From Minutocellus sp. GHC0000111 (taxonomy: Eukaryota), in contig OZ361258.1 of NCBI GenBank assembly GCA_977018835.1, forward strand, positions 4,464,001-4,528,000: a DNA stretch of 64,000 nucleotides. Reading direction: 5' to 3'. Of the stretch, positions 1-13,200 are shown piece after piece. Under the pieces are notes generated by a model. The model did no database searches and had not been told where the DNA came from. It worked only from the letters and a program-made list of their open reading frames with translations. The translations under genes and the position numbers were made by a program. The first letter of the stretch is position 1. Each line of letters opens with the position of its first letter.

Positions 1-11
1 CCGACAATCTA

Positions 12-704
12 TTAACGCATGATGCTCTTCGGGTAGTTATCGAAGAGCATCTTCTTCGTTACGATTCCCGCCACCTCGTACGAGACTGATTCACCCGACT
101 TTGCCAACGCCCCTTTGTCCGTTGAATCGACATCCATCTTTGAGAAAGAATCTCCACCATCGCCGCCTTCCCCGCTTTCGTCGCGCTTGCGCTTCTTCTT
201 TTTCATGACAACAAAGGGCTGTTTCAGCGTCTCCACCTTGCCCTTTAGTTCATGGCTTCCCAGTGTCATTATTGGCGTGCCCTGTTGTATCCGACGTACG
301 TGCCGATTAGAGCGGAGTGGAACGAGGGGCATGGTGAGATATGTGATATTAATACGTGTGCGAATCAAAACTTCCTTGCGCCTGGCGTTGCATCGACGAA
401 AAAGATAATTTATTTACACAATCTTTTACCAACGAGATTCATTTATGATAGATAATCACGTTTCGCCCATGTGCAAGTGCACAGAGTATTATTATAATGA
501 AACACTTACGTCGGAGGAAAAGCGGACGGAGCCCAATTCCATTCTGGTGCCGGCTTGGCCTTGGGTTGTGACGGTGCCGCCGGACGAAGAAGCAGCCGAT
601 CCGACCGAAGGGGGGACAAGCTCGCCGTTCAATTCGAGAAGCGACCACTCCTGCGGAGTATCGTCGTCATCGTCGGCGGCGCCAGACCGGATGGGGATGA
701 GCAT
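12..704 (-). CDS. CTF8: Chromosome transmission fidelity protein 8 (Ctf18-RFC subunit); 2 exons (704-510, 281-12)
   Basis: MLIPI..EWSLLELNGEL..ELGSVRF joins through a GT..AG intron (509-282) to GTPIMTLGSHELKGKVETLKQPFVVM..YEVAGIVTKKMLFDNYPK, matching the Ctf8 pattern. Confidence 0.88.
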
Positions 705-1323
705 GGTAGCGCTGGGCTCTGGGCTGGGCTCGGGGCTTGGGGCATGGGCTAGCTGGAGATGGTTCGAAAAAAAGAAGGGAAAGATGATTCGACGGAAAGA
801 CTGATGTGATGACTCGACTCCCTCGACTGAATCGGCGTTTATGAATTTATGAAGCAAGCAAACGAGCGACATACGGACGAAAACGGTCCCAAGTAAGTAA
901 AAATAAGAAATTTTCCCAAAAATCTCAAAGTGGCCGTGATGCACCCACTGGCGAGAAGATGCCTCCGCGATAGTTCCCCACCATTTGACCTCTGTGCGTC
1001 GCAAGAGAAAGGACGGTTGATGCCGTTTTAGTTGCACTCTCTGATAGCGGCCAGCCATTGCAAGGGATATTGCATTCGCTTTTGCGCCTTGCGTATATTT
1101 GGAGCGAATCGCAACTCCATCGCTTCGCTTGATCGAAGCGATATTGAGAATCCAAAAGCAATCCTCGGGATACCATTTTCATTGCCTTGTGTGGTCGTTT
1201 GAGGCACCCTCCATCATTGCCCCATTGCGTCCGAACGGCGGAACCTCTCGCTGTCAAATTCCCAACCAGCCCAGATATCAATCTGGAGAACATTGTTCTT
1301 GAACCGCAAGTAAGTGCAAATAA

Positions 1324-4300
1324 ATGTTCGGCGACGCAGATACGCACTGGCCGCCGCTGACGCCGACGACGGTCGCCGTTCATGACGACGGCAACGGCCC
1401 CAGCCATCTGACCAAAAAGCAGAAGCAGCGGGTGAAGGAGCAGCAGCGTCTCAAGCTCAAGAAGGCGCAGGAGGCGGCCGGTCCTGTGCGGAAGAGCTGG
1501 TACGACATTTCGGAGGAACCCAGCCGCGACTATGACGACGAAGACGTCCAGTCCAGCGTATCTTCTTCCGCGTCGGGGGGAGATGGGGCCGATGGAAATG
1601 CAAACGGCACCTCTGCGGCCGCTGCCGCACCGGCCGGCCCTCAGGAAATGATGCGATCGGAACTGATGACAACCTACGGATATCCGCCGGAGGAGATCGA
1701 TGCGGCCATGGAAAAAATGTTCGAGCTGGGCCTCCCGTACGACGACGCCGAGGAGGTCGATGCCTTCCTCCGGTTGGAGAAGGTGAAGGAACTTAGCACA
1801 GCAGCCAGTGCCGGACGCGAGGCAGTGTCGGCAGGAACCGAGTCTCAGTCTCGTGATAAGGAATCCCAAACTCCAACCCTGCCATCGACGCCGCCCGATG
1901 ATAGCGGCAGCCGAGAAGAGGAGGCCGACGAGACCAAGGAGGAGGAGGAGGAGGTTGAGGAGCCGGCCATTTCCGGAGGAGACGACGTCGGAGACGATGC
2001 AGCCACGGCAGAAGCTGACGACGATGAGATTTCCGACAAGGGCACGGTGCAGGCCACTGCGCCTGCTGCCGCCGTCAAGGCCAGACAAGTCAGCATCGAG
2101 CCCAAGAACGTCACGACCGCGAGCAACGCTGCTGGCGGCAACGGCAGCAGCGGGGACGTGGTCGTTGGCGTCCTTGCCAGGCTGGACATGGTGTCCAAGG
2201 CCAACAACCTCGACGATGCCATCTTCGCTCTTACCGAGTGGGTGGACAAGGTGGCGACGCCGACCGAGGTGAGTATGACGAGAGACGTGAGGTATCTTTG
2301 TCCCAACTTCTGTTGTTGCGAAATACACCCCATCTCACTCTCAACCTTTATATTCCATATCCCATGCATCATATTTTCTTCTAATAACCTAATATTCAGA
2401 TCGTCGAATTGTGCGACACACGCAAGTGCCAGGCCTTCCTCACCATCCTCAGGAGGACCATTCAGCAGCCCAGATCTTCGTTCGACAAGAAAGTCCTCGC
2501 CCTAATCTCGGAGGTTCTCCGTGGAGTTGCTGGCGACCAGGATCGGCCCACTGGAACAGTCACCACGGCGATTGGGAACTCCATCAAGAGTGCACGGGCC
2601 GTCGTCAAGTCCAGCAAGACCTACGGCTCCGCCATGGAGGCTTGTGCCGACACGGTGTCCAAGAGGGTGGCCTCGGAACTGCACCGGGCCGTCCTCAAGC
2701 TGCGACGGGACAGCCTCGCCCTCTCGGCTGCCAACCCGGCCAGCAAGGCAGACACCATCCGCGCGCTCGAAGCTGAGATCGAGGCCATGGCATCCTCCCT
2801 GGCCACGACCGATGGAGGACTGCTGGGCCTAATGACCAAGCGCGATTGTCACCGGTCGGCTGCGGACATGTCTTCCACCATTGTGGGCCTTTCCATCTCT
2901 CCCTCGGTGCCCTCTGAGGAGGAGGTCGACATGAGTGGTGAATCTTCCGACTCTGATAACAGCGGAGATGATTCCGACGCCGCGGCGTCCATGACCAACC
3001 CCAAGAATGTCATGACGTCCCTCCTTGGCAAAGACTACGATGCCATCATCTCCGCCAAGTCCGAATATGACCAGCTCCGTTCCGAACTTGACGCAGCTCG
3101 TTCGTCGATGGCCTCGAATAGAACTGAACTTATCAAGGAGAGAGATGGGTACAAAGCTGAAAGGGAGGTCGATGATCTTCGGAAGCAGCTCGAGGAACTG
3201 GAAAAGAAGGGCAGTAAGCTCGATGCCAGTGCCAACGCCGTTGAAAGCAGATTGGAAGAGCTTGATGCTGAACTCGATGATGAAGTGAAGACCATCAAGG
3301 TTGGCCTCTCGGTTCGCTCGGCTGCCCACCAGGTGGAAGAGGCGGCTAGAGGCGTCGCTGACGAACTAGACTCGCTCCGCAACGCACTCGATGACACCAC
3401 CGCCCCTGTCACCCCACGAGGAAGGAACAGGTCTCCATCGCCGCCTTCCTACTCGCCAGATAAGGTCAGCACCAAAATGGGCATTTACTTTGTCAGGATA
3501 CGCAACTACTTCAAGGCCGAGGCCGATTGCATCGAATTCATTGCAAACAGAGCCAACGGTCTCGAGAAGGGCCTCGCGGATCTCGAACGTGAGATTGATG
3601 AATGTGCCATGCTGGGAATGACAACCAATGTCATGCTCATGACGAATAGTCTCCGCGAAACTCAGCAAAACATCACCGAAGATAGGGGCGTTGTGGTCAT
3701 GCTGACCTCCGAGGCAGAGAAGGTTCAGGTTGACTTTATGAAGCGCCTCGGTGAATATAAATCGGCGACGAGCTGCCCGACAATGACTCCCTGCCAGGCC
3801 TTGTCCTCGCTTCAAGTGTCGGTCCTCTCTGATATCCGAGACGCCATGAAAAGAATTGGCCTGAAGGATAAGGGTCTCTCTGATTACATCACAGGCGTCG
3901 CATCGACGCCAAATACACCTTCCACCACCAAGAGCATCAAGAGCGTCACCAAAGCCTTCGATAACGATACAAACAAGGAAGAACCACCAACCAGCAAAGA
4001 CAAGACAGACAGTGAAGCACTTCCGTCGGAGGAAGACATCCTCATGGCTGCAGATGAATTCTTTGCAGCAGCAGACAAGGATACCGTCACAGTTATTGAT
4101 ATCTGCATCTCCATCGAGAACAAATTTGGAGTGAATCTCGACAAGTCGACCAGAAATTCCATCAAAGACCGCTTCCTCAAATTGCTCGATGAAGCGGAGA
4201 GCGACGAACCAGCACCCGAGAAGGATCAGACCACCGATCAGGCAGTCGAGAACTGCGATGCTGTGTCCACCCTCACGCCTGTCTCTCAGTCCACCCTGCA

Positions 4301-4487
4301 TAGCCATTCATCAGCAGTAAGGCCGGTCCTACCACCGCCGCCTCCACCGCCCGTCTCCGCGAGCAAGATGCCCCGCCTAAGCTGGGCCAAGAGTCCTACG
4401 ACTCCGGGCGGGAGACCTCCGAGAGGCAAGTCCCTGCTCGAAATCCAGCAGGAAGAAATGTCGGCGAAGAAGGCTTCCCAAAATTGA
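1324..4487 (+). CDS. Uncharacterised acidic/coiled-coil protein with UBA-like segment near N-terminus and DEK-C-like domain near C-terminus; 2 exons
   Basis: ORFs 1324-2505 and 2409-4487 join in frame through intron 2269-2399 (GTGAGT..TTCAG). Heptad-rich central region. LPSEEDILMAADEFF..DTVTVIDICISIENKFGVNLD resembles DEK_C. Confidence 0.7.
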
Positions 4488-4682
4488 TAGTCTACTAGCC
4501 GGGCAGGCGGGGCGTGCACATGCAGTTGATCCATACGGGTAGCACATGACTTATAAGTATACTAGTAATAGACCAAATAGTTAGATTTCATCACGACATT
4601 TTGCTTCTTTACCAGCTCTACTAGAATTCTACACAGCTAGATGTTGAGGCTGGATCTACTTGAGTAGCCCTGAACACCCTGC

Positions 4683-7600
4683 TCACATGCCCTCGGCGGC
4701 GGCGACAACAATGAGATCGATAGCGGCTTCCGCTGAAAGCGATCCACCTTTCCCAGTGTACCCATTATCGTCCACAGTAACCTCGACCGATGCTTTTCCC
4801 TCGGCACAACCATAAATCCCTTCGAAGCAGGTGAAATACAAGTACCAAGTGCATGGTTTACATCTTTCAGCTGGCCCATGAATACAAGAAAAAGGTTGGA
4901 AACACCATTGCCTCTTAGGAATGACAGTCCGTCGTTTGACTGCAGGGACACCGTGCCTGCGCTCGCCCTTAGCACGACGGTGAGTAGCCCCGCGTTGTCC
5001 CGCAGAAGAGGGTCGACAATCATGCCGTCTGCGAGGTCGGGGTCGTCGATGACAATGGATGCGATGGGCACCTCTTTGCTATTGAGCGAAACCTTGAGAG
5101 GTTGTTCCTGTTCGTCGCTGATGGTAATTGTCGGTGGGCTATTCAAAGGCTCGACGTAAATTTTGATTGCACCTTCGACACATCCTCGTGATGGGGAGCG
5201 AACACTGGTCCATCCACAGCTGTCCTCGCAGATAGTTATGTTCATAGACGTGCAGCCGCTCTCTTCAGTATCAGCCGCAAACACAATGTGACGGGCCGCC
5301 ACATTCAAATCGTCGATATTGCCGATGAATTGCAAAGCCTTGTTGTCAGATGAAGCCTCTGCCTCCAAGTTCGTGTGATTATCCAGCGATATGGAACCAA
5401 TGCCTACCTGCATCTCGGCACAAAATGACGATGACAATGCTGCTTCCTCCTTATCAATCAATGTAAAGGCTTGTGGAGTTTCGAGGTATTCATTTTGGGA
5501 AAGTGGGGAGATAATTCGAGATTGTCCATCGACAGAGTCCTGGGAAAGCGAATGCAAAGCCAGAAGGAAGTGTGGATGGTACCATGTGGCGCCAATGAGC
5601 ATCTGTTCGCCTTCTGCAATCTCCACCTCGGGCACGAACCCCGAGGAAGCGCTGGCGGGCATCCAAAGTTCGAATGAATCAGATGTGGAAATAACCGTGA
5701 TGAGTTGCTCAGAGCTATCCCTTGCGCCATGGTCATCCGCTACCAAGATACGGAGCGATGCTTCGCCAGAGTAGTCTTCATCCGGTATAAACCGAATGTC
5801 ATCAAGCTTCCTGTTCAGAGAGTCGATTGCCCCCTCCATCTGGATTGTTCGTCCATCCTCTGCGGTGGAAATGAGAACATCGTCGAGGTCGTCACAAGAG
5901 AAACAGGTTTTGGTCCTCTTGAAGACTCGCATGGAGCCCTTCTTGGATATGAGGTTGACGGAGAGCCTTGCATTGTCGACATCAGACACCTTGGCCTCGA
6001 GATTTAAGTAGGTATCTTCCAATATCGACACAGCGGTGTGGTTGCTGTTGGAAATCATGTCGGGGCCAATCGATACAAGTGGTGCGTCATTGACGGCATC
6101 CACTCTAATGAAGTACTCAGTAGAGTCAATTCGATACGAACCACTGAATAGGACCATGCTGACAGATGCAAAGCCGCTACTCTCGGTATTGAAGTCAATA
6201 TCTGGGCTAAAGACGAGTGACTTTGCCACAAGGTTGAGATCCTTCACGTCGCCGCGGATTACTACCGACGAGTACCACCTGTGAGCCGTTGCCGTGTCTC
6301 TCTCGGCAACGGTGCCGTTCACTTCTAGCACATCTTCCTGGTTGGCGACATCAAAGCCAATGGCACCGTACTTGGTTGAAATTTCGAGACCAATGGGGTC
6401 CAATGCACTACCGTCCATACCCGTTAGCTTCACGGCGATAGCAACAAAGCCGTCTTCTTCGACATGCAGTACGTCATCGGGGCCGGTGATCTTATGGCGG
6501 TCGTCAATCGAGGCAATATTGATCGGAATAACCATACTGTCCATTTGTGAGCTGTCGCCATGACTGTAGGTAACTGCAATGACGAGGCTATCCACACCAT
6601 TGTACTTGGGCTTAGCTTTGTAGGAAAGAGCGGAAAGAGCTTTGTTGATGTACTCTTGGACCCCCTTGACTACAAGAGTGTAGGACGATGCGGAGAAACG
6701 TCCAGCATTAATTGTAAGGCCAGCCCAAGAATCCTCGGGAATATCCAAAACGCCATGCGACACTGCCATCTGCACTCGAAGGACATCTGAATCGGCGTCA
6801 ACAACACGGATGCCGGAGAGATGGCACAATTGGTCCTCAGTACAGACAAATGGCTCGGTCTGGAAAAGTCGATTGCACAACCCTTCATCGATGAGAAGAG
6901 ATGTAAGGTTCGTCGAAGGAATTGAGGCATTTTCTGGGGAATGGCCCGCGTTGGTACTGGCACTGCAGCTGGAGTCATGGCGATAAATTGCCCCGTCGTA
7001 CTCAATGCTTGGTCCATTGTTTGCAGTGTCTGTGAGCAATACATTGATCATTGCGCTTGCCAAGGGCAGGCCAGTTGTTTCCTCCTCTCCCTCGTTGCTG
7101 ACGTCAGCCTCAAAGAAGTTGAGTCGGATGGTATCAACTCGAGAGTGCGTCCCAGCAATGCCGTGATACGATAGAGAGGCTACAAATTTGTTCACATCGA
7201 CAAAGGTTCCTCGAACCATTAGAGAACGGCCGTCGGAATTCTCCACCGATACTGACGATGGAATCCCAGTCCTCATCACGTCGATCCGACCAAGCCCGAC
7301 GTTCACGAGCGAGTCACTCGATGCATCTGGATCTTGTACTTGAACGCCTGGGATTGTGCAAAGGGTCTCCTCTCCGCAGACCACATAGCTCGAGGGGATT
7401 GAAATCATGAGAGGGTCGTCAACCGAAAGGATCGAAATAGGCAATACCACTCTTTCAGTCAACTCGCCGCCCCGACCGACGTTTCCCTCATCCCAAACTT
7501 GGACTGTCAGAGTCACGTTGCCATGGTAGTCCTTGGCACCAACGAAATGAAGCCCGCGAAGAGCCTTGTTGATGGAAGAGAGGGTACCTCTGAATCTCAT

Positions 7601-8368
7601 GGCATTGCTTGAGTCAGCCCCACGCGAAAAGTACAAGCCATCTGTCCTACGTAATGTGATGATGCTGTCACGGGATGCCTGGAGGTCGACGGTAAAGAAG
7701 GAGGTATCCGTTGGATCGTGTGGGTGGACATCAACGTCGGAGATGAACATATCGATTGAGAGTGGCTCGTCCTCCTCGACCATTAGAGTGTCAATCCTCT
7801 CGACAGTGTAGCCGCCTCTGTCCCGAAGGATCCGATGGACTACGCCTGGAACTATGATTGTGGGAGGATCATTTATGGGCAGGATGTCTACGAAGAAGGT
7901 GTTTTTGTCCGTCACCCGATACCCGCCATCGTCACTAGTTGATTCCTCCACAAATTCTGTACAGACCTGCTGGTTTGGATTGTTGCTTTCTATCTGAGGA
8001 GACCTCGAAAGAAAGTTGTCCTGGGCAGAGGTGTAGGTGGCCTGGATCAGAGCCTCGTTCAATGCATCGATGGTGCCGTTCGCTTGCACAGATTGAATTT
8101 CGTCTGGGGGGGTTACGCTGAGCTTGGGTGAAGGAGGAAGAGTAACGAAGCCGCCTGTGCAGCCTATCCCGATTGATAATTGAGAAACAGAAGCATCGTC
8201 CTCATCCCTATCGTCAACGATCTCGATTGCTGGGCCAATGATCTTTGCCGTATCCTCCTCTACCTCAATGAAATGAGGCGCGTCAATGAGTAGCTCTGCC
8301 GCCACCTTGCTGAGCAGCAAGAGTAGTGGTAGTAGGGGTAAAATATGCTTTCCAGGCGATCGTTTCAC
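4683..8368 (-). CDS. Secreted tandem cadherin-like/Ig-like repeat protein; 1-nt frameshift near 4840
   Basis: Signal peptide (LLPLLLLLSKVAA). About 7 repeats with GT..xINxALxxLxF cores and PINDPP/AVNDAP/PLNSPP linkers. The last repeat continues in another frame (LYFTCFEG..VEVTVDDNGYTGKGG..EGM*) to a stop at 4683. Confidence 0.75.
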
Positions 8369-8457
8369 GCTAAAAATAAAGGATCCGGCTCTTCAACGTT
8401 GACGAATCGTCGTTTCAAAACGTATGCAATTCCTCGTTTCAAATCTAAAAAAGAGAC

Positions 8458-9981
8458 TCAAGCGCAGATGATATATATGCCCTTGTTCGACAATATCACT
8501 TTTCGATATAACTTTCCTGTCCACCCTTGCTCATCTTTGAGCTTTTCAACAGTCAAAGTTGACCAATCGGTGGTATCGACGTCACCTTGCTCATCAGTGG
8601 AGGCAGCATCGTCACTGCTATTCGTTGCATCCCAAATTTTGCGGAACGACCGCATCTTGGCCTCATCATTCCCCTCTTTCTCGTACTCTGGCACAATGAG
8701 CGTAGTAACCGGCACCACCAAACGGATAGCAGAAGTGACGAAGACCTCGGACCATAATCCATCGATGGCATCTTGCAACAATACGGGTTCGGTCTCGTCG
8801 TACGAAAGTCCCAGTTTCTCTGCAACCTCGAGCACACAATGACGAGCACATCCCGAAAGGACATTGCCCTCGGCCGCTGCTGTTCGGAGTGTACCATCTC
8901 TATAAACCACAAATAAATTGCTCGTCAGTCCCTCAAGCAATTCAATGCCGTGGAATTCACCAACGCCATCCGCATCGGCTGCCCGAGCAAGGATGACCTC
9001 GCCAATATCAGCGCCTTTGAACATTTCTTCCAGAGGTCGCCGTTCTCTGCACCAGGAGCTGTCCTTGGCGTCAGGACCGTGCTCATGCCGATTGGGCAGC
9101 GACAACCAGTCTCTTTGGTATGACGATGACTCACCAACGACCGGTGGCAAAGCAATCGAAGCCTGAATTGCGGCTGGGAGCTTCCCACTTTCTGGCGAGG
9201 GGACACTGGCAATTGATCCATGAGCCCGTACTCGTATGGGGCTTTGCTCTTCACCATTATTTTTGCTGCCTTCCTTCGTCTTCTTCGTCCAAAGGATTGT
9301 CACCATAAGAACCGGAATGATACCGGCGTCGTCAAGTACTGCTCTCAAAGTTTTGAATTGCATTTCATCCTTCGCTTCGTCCAGCATTTTGGAAATAGAT
9401 AGATGGCTTTCGAGTTCCGCCGTCAAATAGTTAGCCACGCTACATGCGCCCTCCCTACTTCTGTCCCCTTCTTCTTCTTGAGCATACTTGATTTCGTAGG
9501 AGGTCCGCAGTCTCTTCAAATGAAAGTCGAAATCCCGCGTCTTCCAAATGTATCGATCCTCATTGAGATCGGTGCTGCCAAGATTTTTCACGATTTCACA
9601 TCGCACGACGGTGTAGGCCCCACCACAGCCCTCGGTTTGCTCAATGTCCTCCATCCATAGCCTCGGCGAGGGGCTGCCGACGTCTTTGCCGGAAGTTGTG
9701 ATTATGCCCTGCTCGTCCTCGTAGTGTCCGAAATCGGTCGACCAGCACGACGTGGACGCCAGTGCAGTTGATGATGCAGATGATTGTCTCCGATGGTGGC
9801 CAGGTGCTGATGTTGGAAGGTGGCGGTAAGAATGAGGGGCATTGTTGCACGACGACGCGAGCGACGGCAGCACCTTTGTCGCACCCGTGCAAGCGCTGCA
9901 ACTTGCACCATCGCCAACAACAAAGGCTTGAGTAGATGTGGCACCGATAAGCGCGAGCGGTAATAATCGCAGCGGCAACAT
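8458..9981 (-). CDS. Class IV PLP-dependent aminotransferase-like protein, probably plastid-targeted
   Basis: FHLKRL, EGLTSNLFVV, LSGCAR and EVFVTSAIRLVVPV motifs; signal peptide ending TQA|FVV. Confidence 0.8.
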   Translation of the reverse strand: MLPLRLLPLALIGATSTQAFVVGDGASCSACTGATKVLPSLASSCNNAPHSYRHLPTSAPGHHRRQSSASSTALASTSCWSTDFGHYEDEQGIITTSGKDVGSPSPRLWMEDIEQTEGCGGAYTVVRCEIVKNLGSTDLNEDRYIWKTRDFDFHLKRLRTSYEIKYAQEEEGDRSREGACSVANYLTAELESHLSISKMLDEAKDEMQFKTLRAVLDDAGIIPVLMVTILWTKKTKEGSKNNGEEQSPIRVRAHGSIASVPSPESGKLPAAIQASIALPPVVGESSSYQRDWLSLPNRHEHGPDAKDSSWCRERRPLEEMFKGADIGEVILARAADADGVGEFHGIELLEGLTSNLFVVYRDGTLRTAAAEGNVLSGCARHCVLEVAEKLGLSYDETEPVLLQDAIDGLWSEVFVTSAIRLVVPVTTLIVPEYEKEGNDEAKMRSFRKIWDATNSSDDAASTDEQGDVDTTDWSTLTVEKLKDEQGWTGKLYRKVILSNKGIYIICA

Positions 9982-10253
9982 CCTGCCTCTCGCCGTTATG
10001 GTTCCGACTTTCCGACTGCCGTTCCGTTCACTTTTTGGCTGCTGCTGCTGCCTGCTTTCCTGCTTTTTTCCCGCAATTTTTCGTCTGTCCGTCCGTCATT
10101 TTCCTCCGGGTTTCCAAAGTCGTGCATAAGATGTGCTCAAATTTTTCATCACTCTCCCGGGCGTATCTTCAACCCGAAGGAACGTCCGTACCAGTACGCT
10201 GTATATCAACCAGAAGCTACAACAGATACATCAATCCCAATCTGCAATGCACG

Positions 10254-13200
10254 ATGGACGGCGCAGGCGGCGGTGGAGCCAGGTCGTCGCCCCGTGGGGC
10301 GTCGCGCGCCAAGAGCGACGAAGCCAAGCAAGCCGGCCCCGCCGCCGCCACGACGACGACGGAGGCGAGCGGTGGTGGGCGAAAAGATACGCCCGATGGG
10401 ACTGCCGTCGCTGGTGACATTAATGCCACCGTTTCACCTGTCAATTCTGGTGCCAAGGAGGTAGCTGGCGGTGCTCCGCAGTCGCAGCTGGGTGACGAGG
10501 CAGAGGCTGCAAAGGCGGGAGGCGATGGGAGGGATTTAGTTGCGCCACCGGCCGCCGTGGCTGCTGCTGCGGGTGTGGGGACGGCGGATGCTTCTACCAG
10601 CAGTGCCGACGATGCTCCTACCACGAACTCTCCGTCATCAAGAGGAGGACGCTCCAAGAGGGCCACGGCCGTCAAAGCCGTTGCCACCTTCAAGGCTGCC
10701 ATCGCATCGGACGATGGCATCGAGGAGGATGGTGACGACGCCACCAGTACCGACAATGACGGTGACGACGAGGAGGAGCACCTCTCCGAGGGGGGTCGAA
10801 GAAGAGGGCGATAGGGAGGACGATAACGCATCGCCCAAGGGAAAGACCGGGCGAGGATACGACACCTCCCCTCCCGAGGTCAATGCCGCGGTCAAACGGG
10901 GCGATATATCAGCTGTCGATCCAGTGCCCCGATTCAACGAGAGGAAGCAGCGCTGCTGTACCATCAAGGAGTGCAACAAGCTGAGCAGGGGCACAAAGTC
11001 TGCCTTCATGTGCTCCAGTCATCACAAGGATTGGATGGCAAGTGGTTGCATCCTTCCGAACGTGAACAGTACAACCTACAGAGGTTTCGTGAAGGCCAAT
11101 GGGCGCAAACCCACCATCGTCGTCGATGCAAAGCCGCCTGTCCCCAAATCGAATGTGAAGTCGTCGCCTATCTCGAGGTCTCGGCGGGGTAGTGGCGGTA
11201 GACCAAGCCAACCTGTTCGATCGACCTCCGCCGATGCCTGCTACATTGATGGGTGTGATATGCCCAAAGAGGCAGACATGGAAACATGCGAGGAGCATAG
11301 TGAATTGCATCCAGGCAAGCGCAGGAGCAAAGCCAGCAGTGACAGTAGCAATGGTAGACGCAAGCGCAAGTATACCAAGAAGTCACAAAAGTGGTCGCGT
11401 GGTTGGTCGAGGTCGGCTCATGAAGACGACGAAGAGGATGAGGAGGTCCGGTCGGAAGTCGAGTCCGAAGAGTCCGATGAAAGCGAGAACGAAGGAGAAG
11501 AAAGTAACGAGAGCGAGGTTGAAGCTGTAACAGCCACTGGCACGGGATCTACTATTAGGTCCAAGAGGGGACCAACTGGCCTACTGAAGAACTTGTGTCG
11601 CGTCGAGGGATGCCCCAAGTACCTACAAGCCGGCCGCGACGGAATGTGCGTTGCGCACTTCAACGCTGCCAAGGTGTATGGCGTCGACGCTGTTCTTGCC
11701 GAAGGCATGGAGGTCGGTGCCAGTACAAAGCTTGATTATAATGCTCGCGGTGCACGCAAAAAGCACACCAATGAAAAGAAGCCGAGAGGAAGCCCGAGGG
11801 AGAGTTCTCGCAAGGCGCGGGCGAAAAGGTCTGAGCAAGACATGGAAAAGCCACCAACGTCAGCACGCGAACCCACCCCGAAGAGGAAGAAATCGGAAGA
11901 ATCTACCAAGCCACTGCCACCTGCGAGAAAACTTGAGAAGGAGCTTGGACTTCCCAAATACGACGAAAAAGGCAATTGGAATACATGCGTTGTCGGCGCC
12001 TGTGAACTCGGTATTCAGATCCCACGCGAATACAGAATGTGTCGCAGTCATTATCGTGAACTCGTGGAAAACGAGACGAAGGGCAAACAAGAAAAGTATG
12101 CCCAATATGCCGCACTAATGAGACCACCAAAATCTTCTACGAAATCGTCGCCCAAGAGAAGATACCCAAGGTCAAGGCCAAGACGAAGGCAACGCCAAGT
12201 AAACGAAAAATGTCCACTGGTGATGCCGATGAGGTTGCGGGCAAGGCGAAGCGCCGTACCACGAAGGAAATGCCTACTGTCGTTGACGACCGAATGGCTC
12301 CCGATGCTACTGAAGAAGCCGTCGCTTTCGCCAGTGCTCAGGTGTGTGATATCTGGAAGTCGCTTCCATCGGATATCGATCTCGACAGCCTTCCTCCAAT
12401 CCCAAAATCAGTTTTCTTTGGAGACATTGATCAAGATTCTAACTCCGACGGCAAACCAGTCGCAGATGAAAATGCTGAAGAAGGGAAAGGGGCAACGAAG
12501 AAAGATGATCTCAAGCCTCCCCTGATTGCGTCCATCAACGTCAATCCCAAGATGAACTACAACGTCATCCATCTAGCGGTGAAAGCCAGGCTGGCTGCGA
12601 AAAATTACAGTGCCGCTCTTTCACTGTGCCAGAAGGCTCTGCTTGATTGGTATGACCAGGCCGAGAAGTGTGCTCGTTTTCACCGAAGATCACCAAACAG
12701 GACGTCACTTGACCCGGATGTCCCGTCTCTGGAGGCTGTCTGTGATAGTCTGGCTGGACTCTGGTGCGTCTACGCATGGCTGCTGCAGCAGCTCGTAACG
12801 TCAAGTCCCTCAAGAAGTCTCATCGATGCAGACGCCGAAGTCTCCGAGACAAATTTACCCCCTCCGCGACCTGCTTTTTCGACTCCGAGCATTGATAGAA
12901 AGTTTCTCTCCGGGGCCGTCATTCCGGAATATTTTTTTTGTCTGTCACACGAGCACATCCGATGGAGTGACATACTTGCAGCCTTGAAGGTAGCGACAAA
13001 CTGTCATCTTGCAGGTCGGCGTGCCTGGCCCTGGTTGGCTAGAGCAAGGGCAGCCGTTCTAGCGGCCGAGGCAGCTGAGAAAGCGAAGACAACGCCGTCA
13101 TCTGCAACTCCAGGGGAAAGGAGCGACCAGACCAAAGGTCCAGACATCCTCCTCAAGAGCTACGGGGACGCAGTCAGTATCTGTCGTGAAGGAATTAGCC

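Noticed and set aside
711..750. GGGCT-type short repeats upstream of CTF8 as telomeric or functional repeat
   Set aside because: Short, imperfect and not TTAGGG-like; low-complexity leader sequence
925..2328. Long antisense ORFs (also 51754-52800, 53215-54387, 30674-31507)
   Set aside because: Shadows of GC-rich coding sequence on the opposite strand, with no motifs of their own
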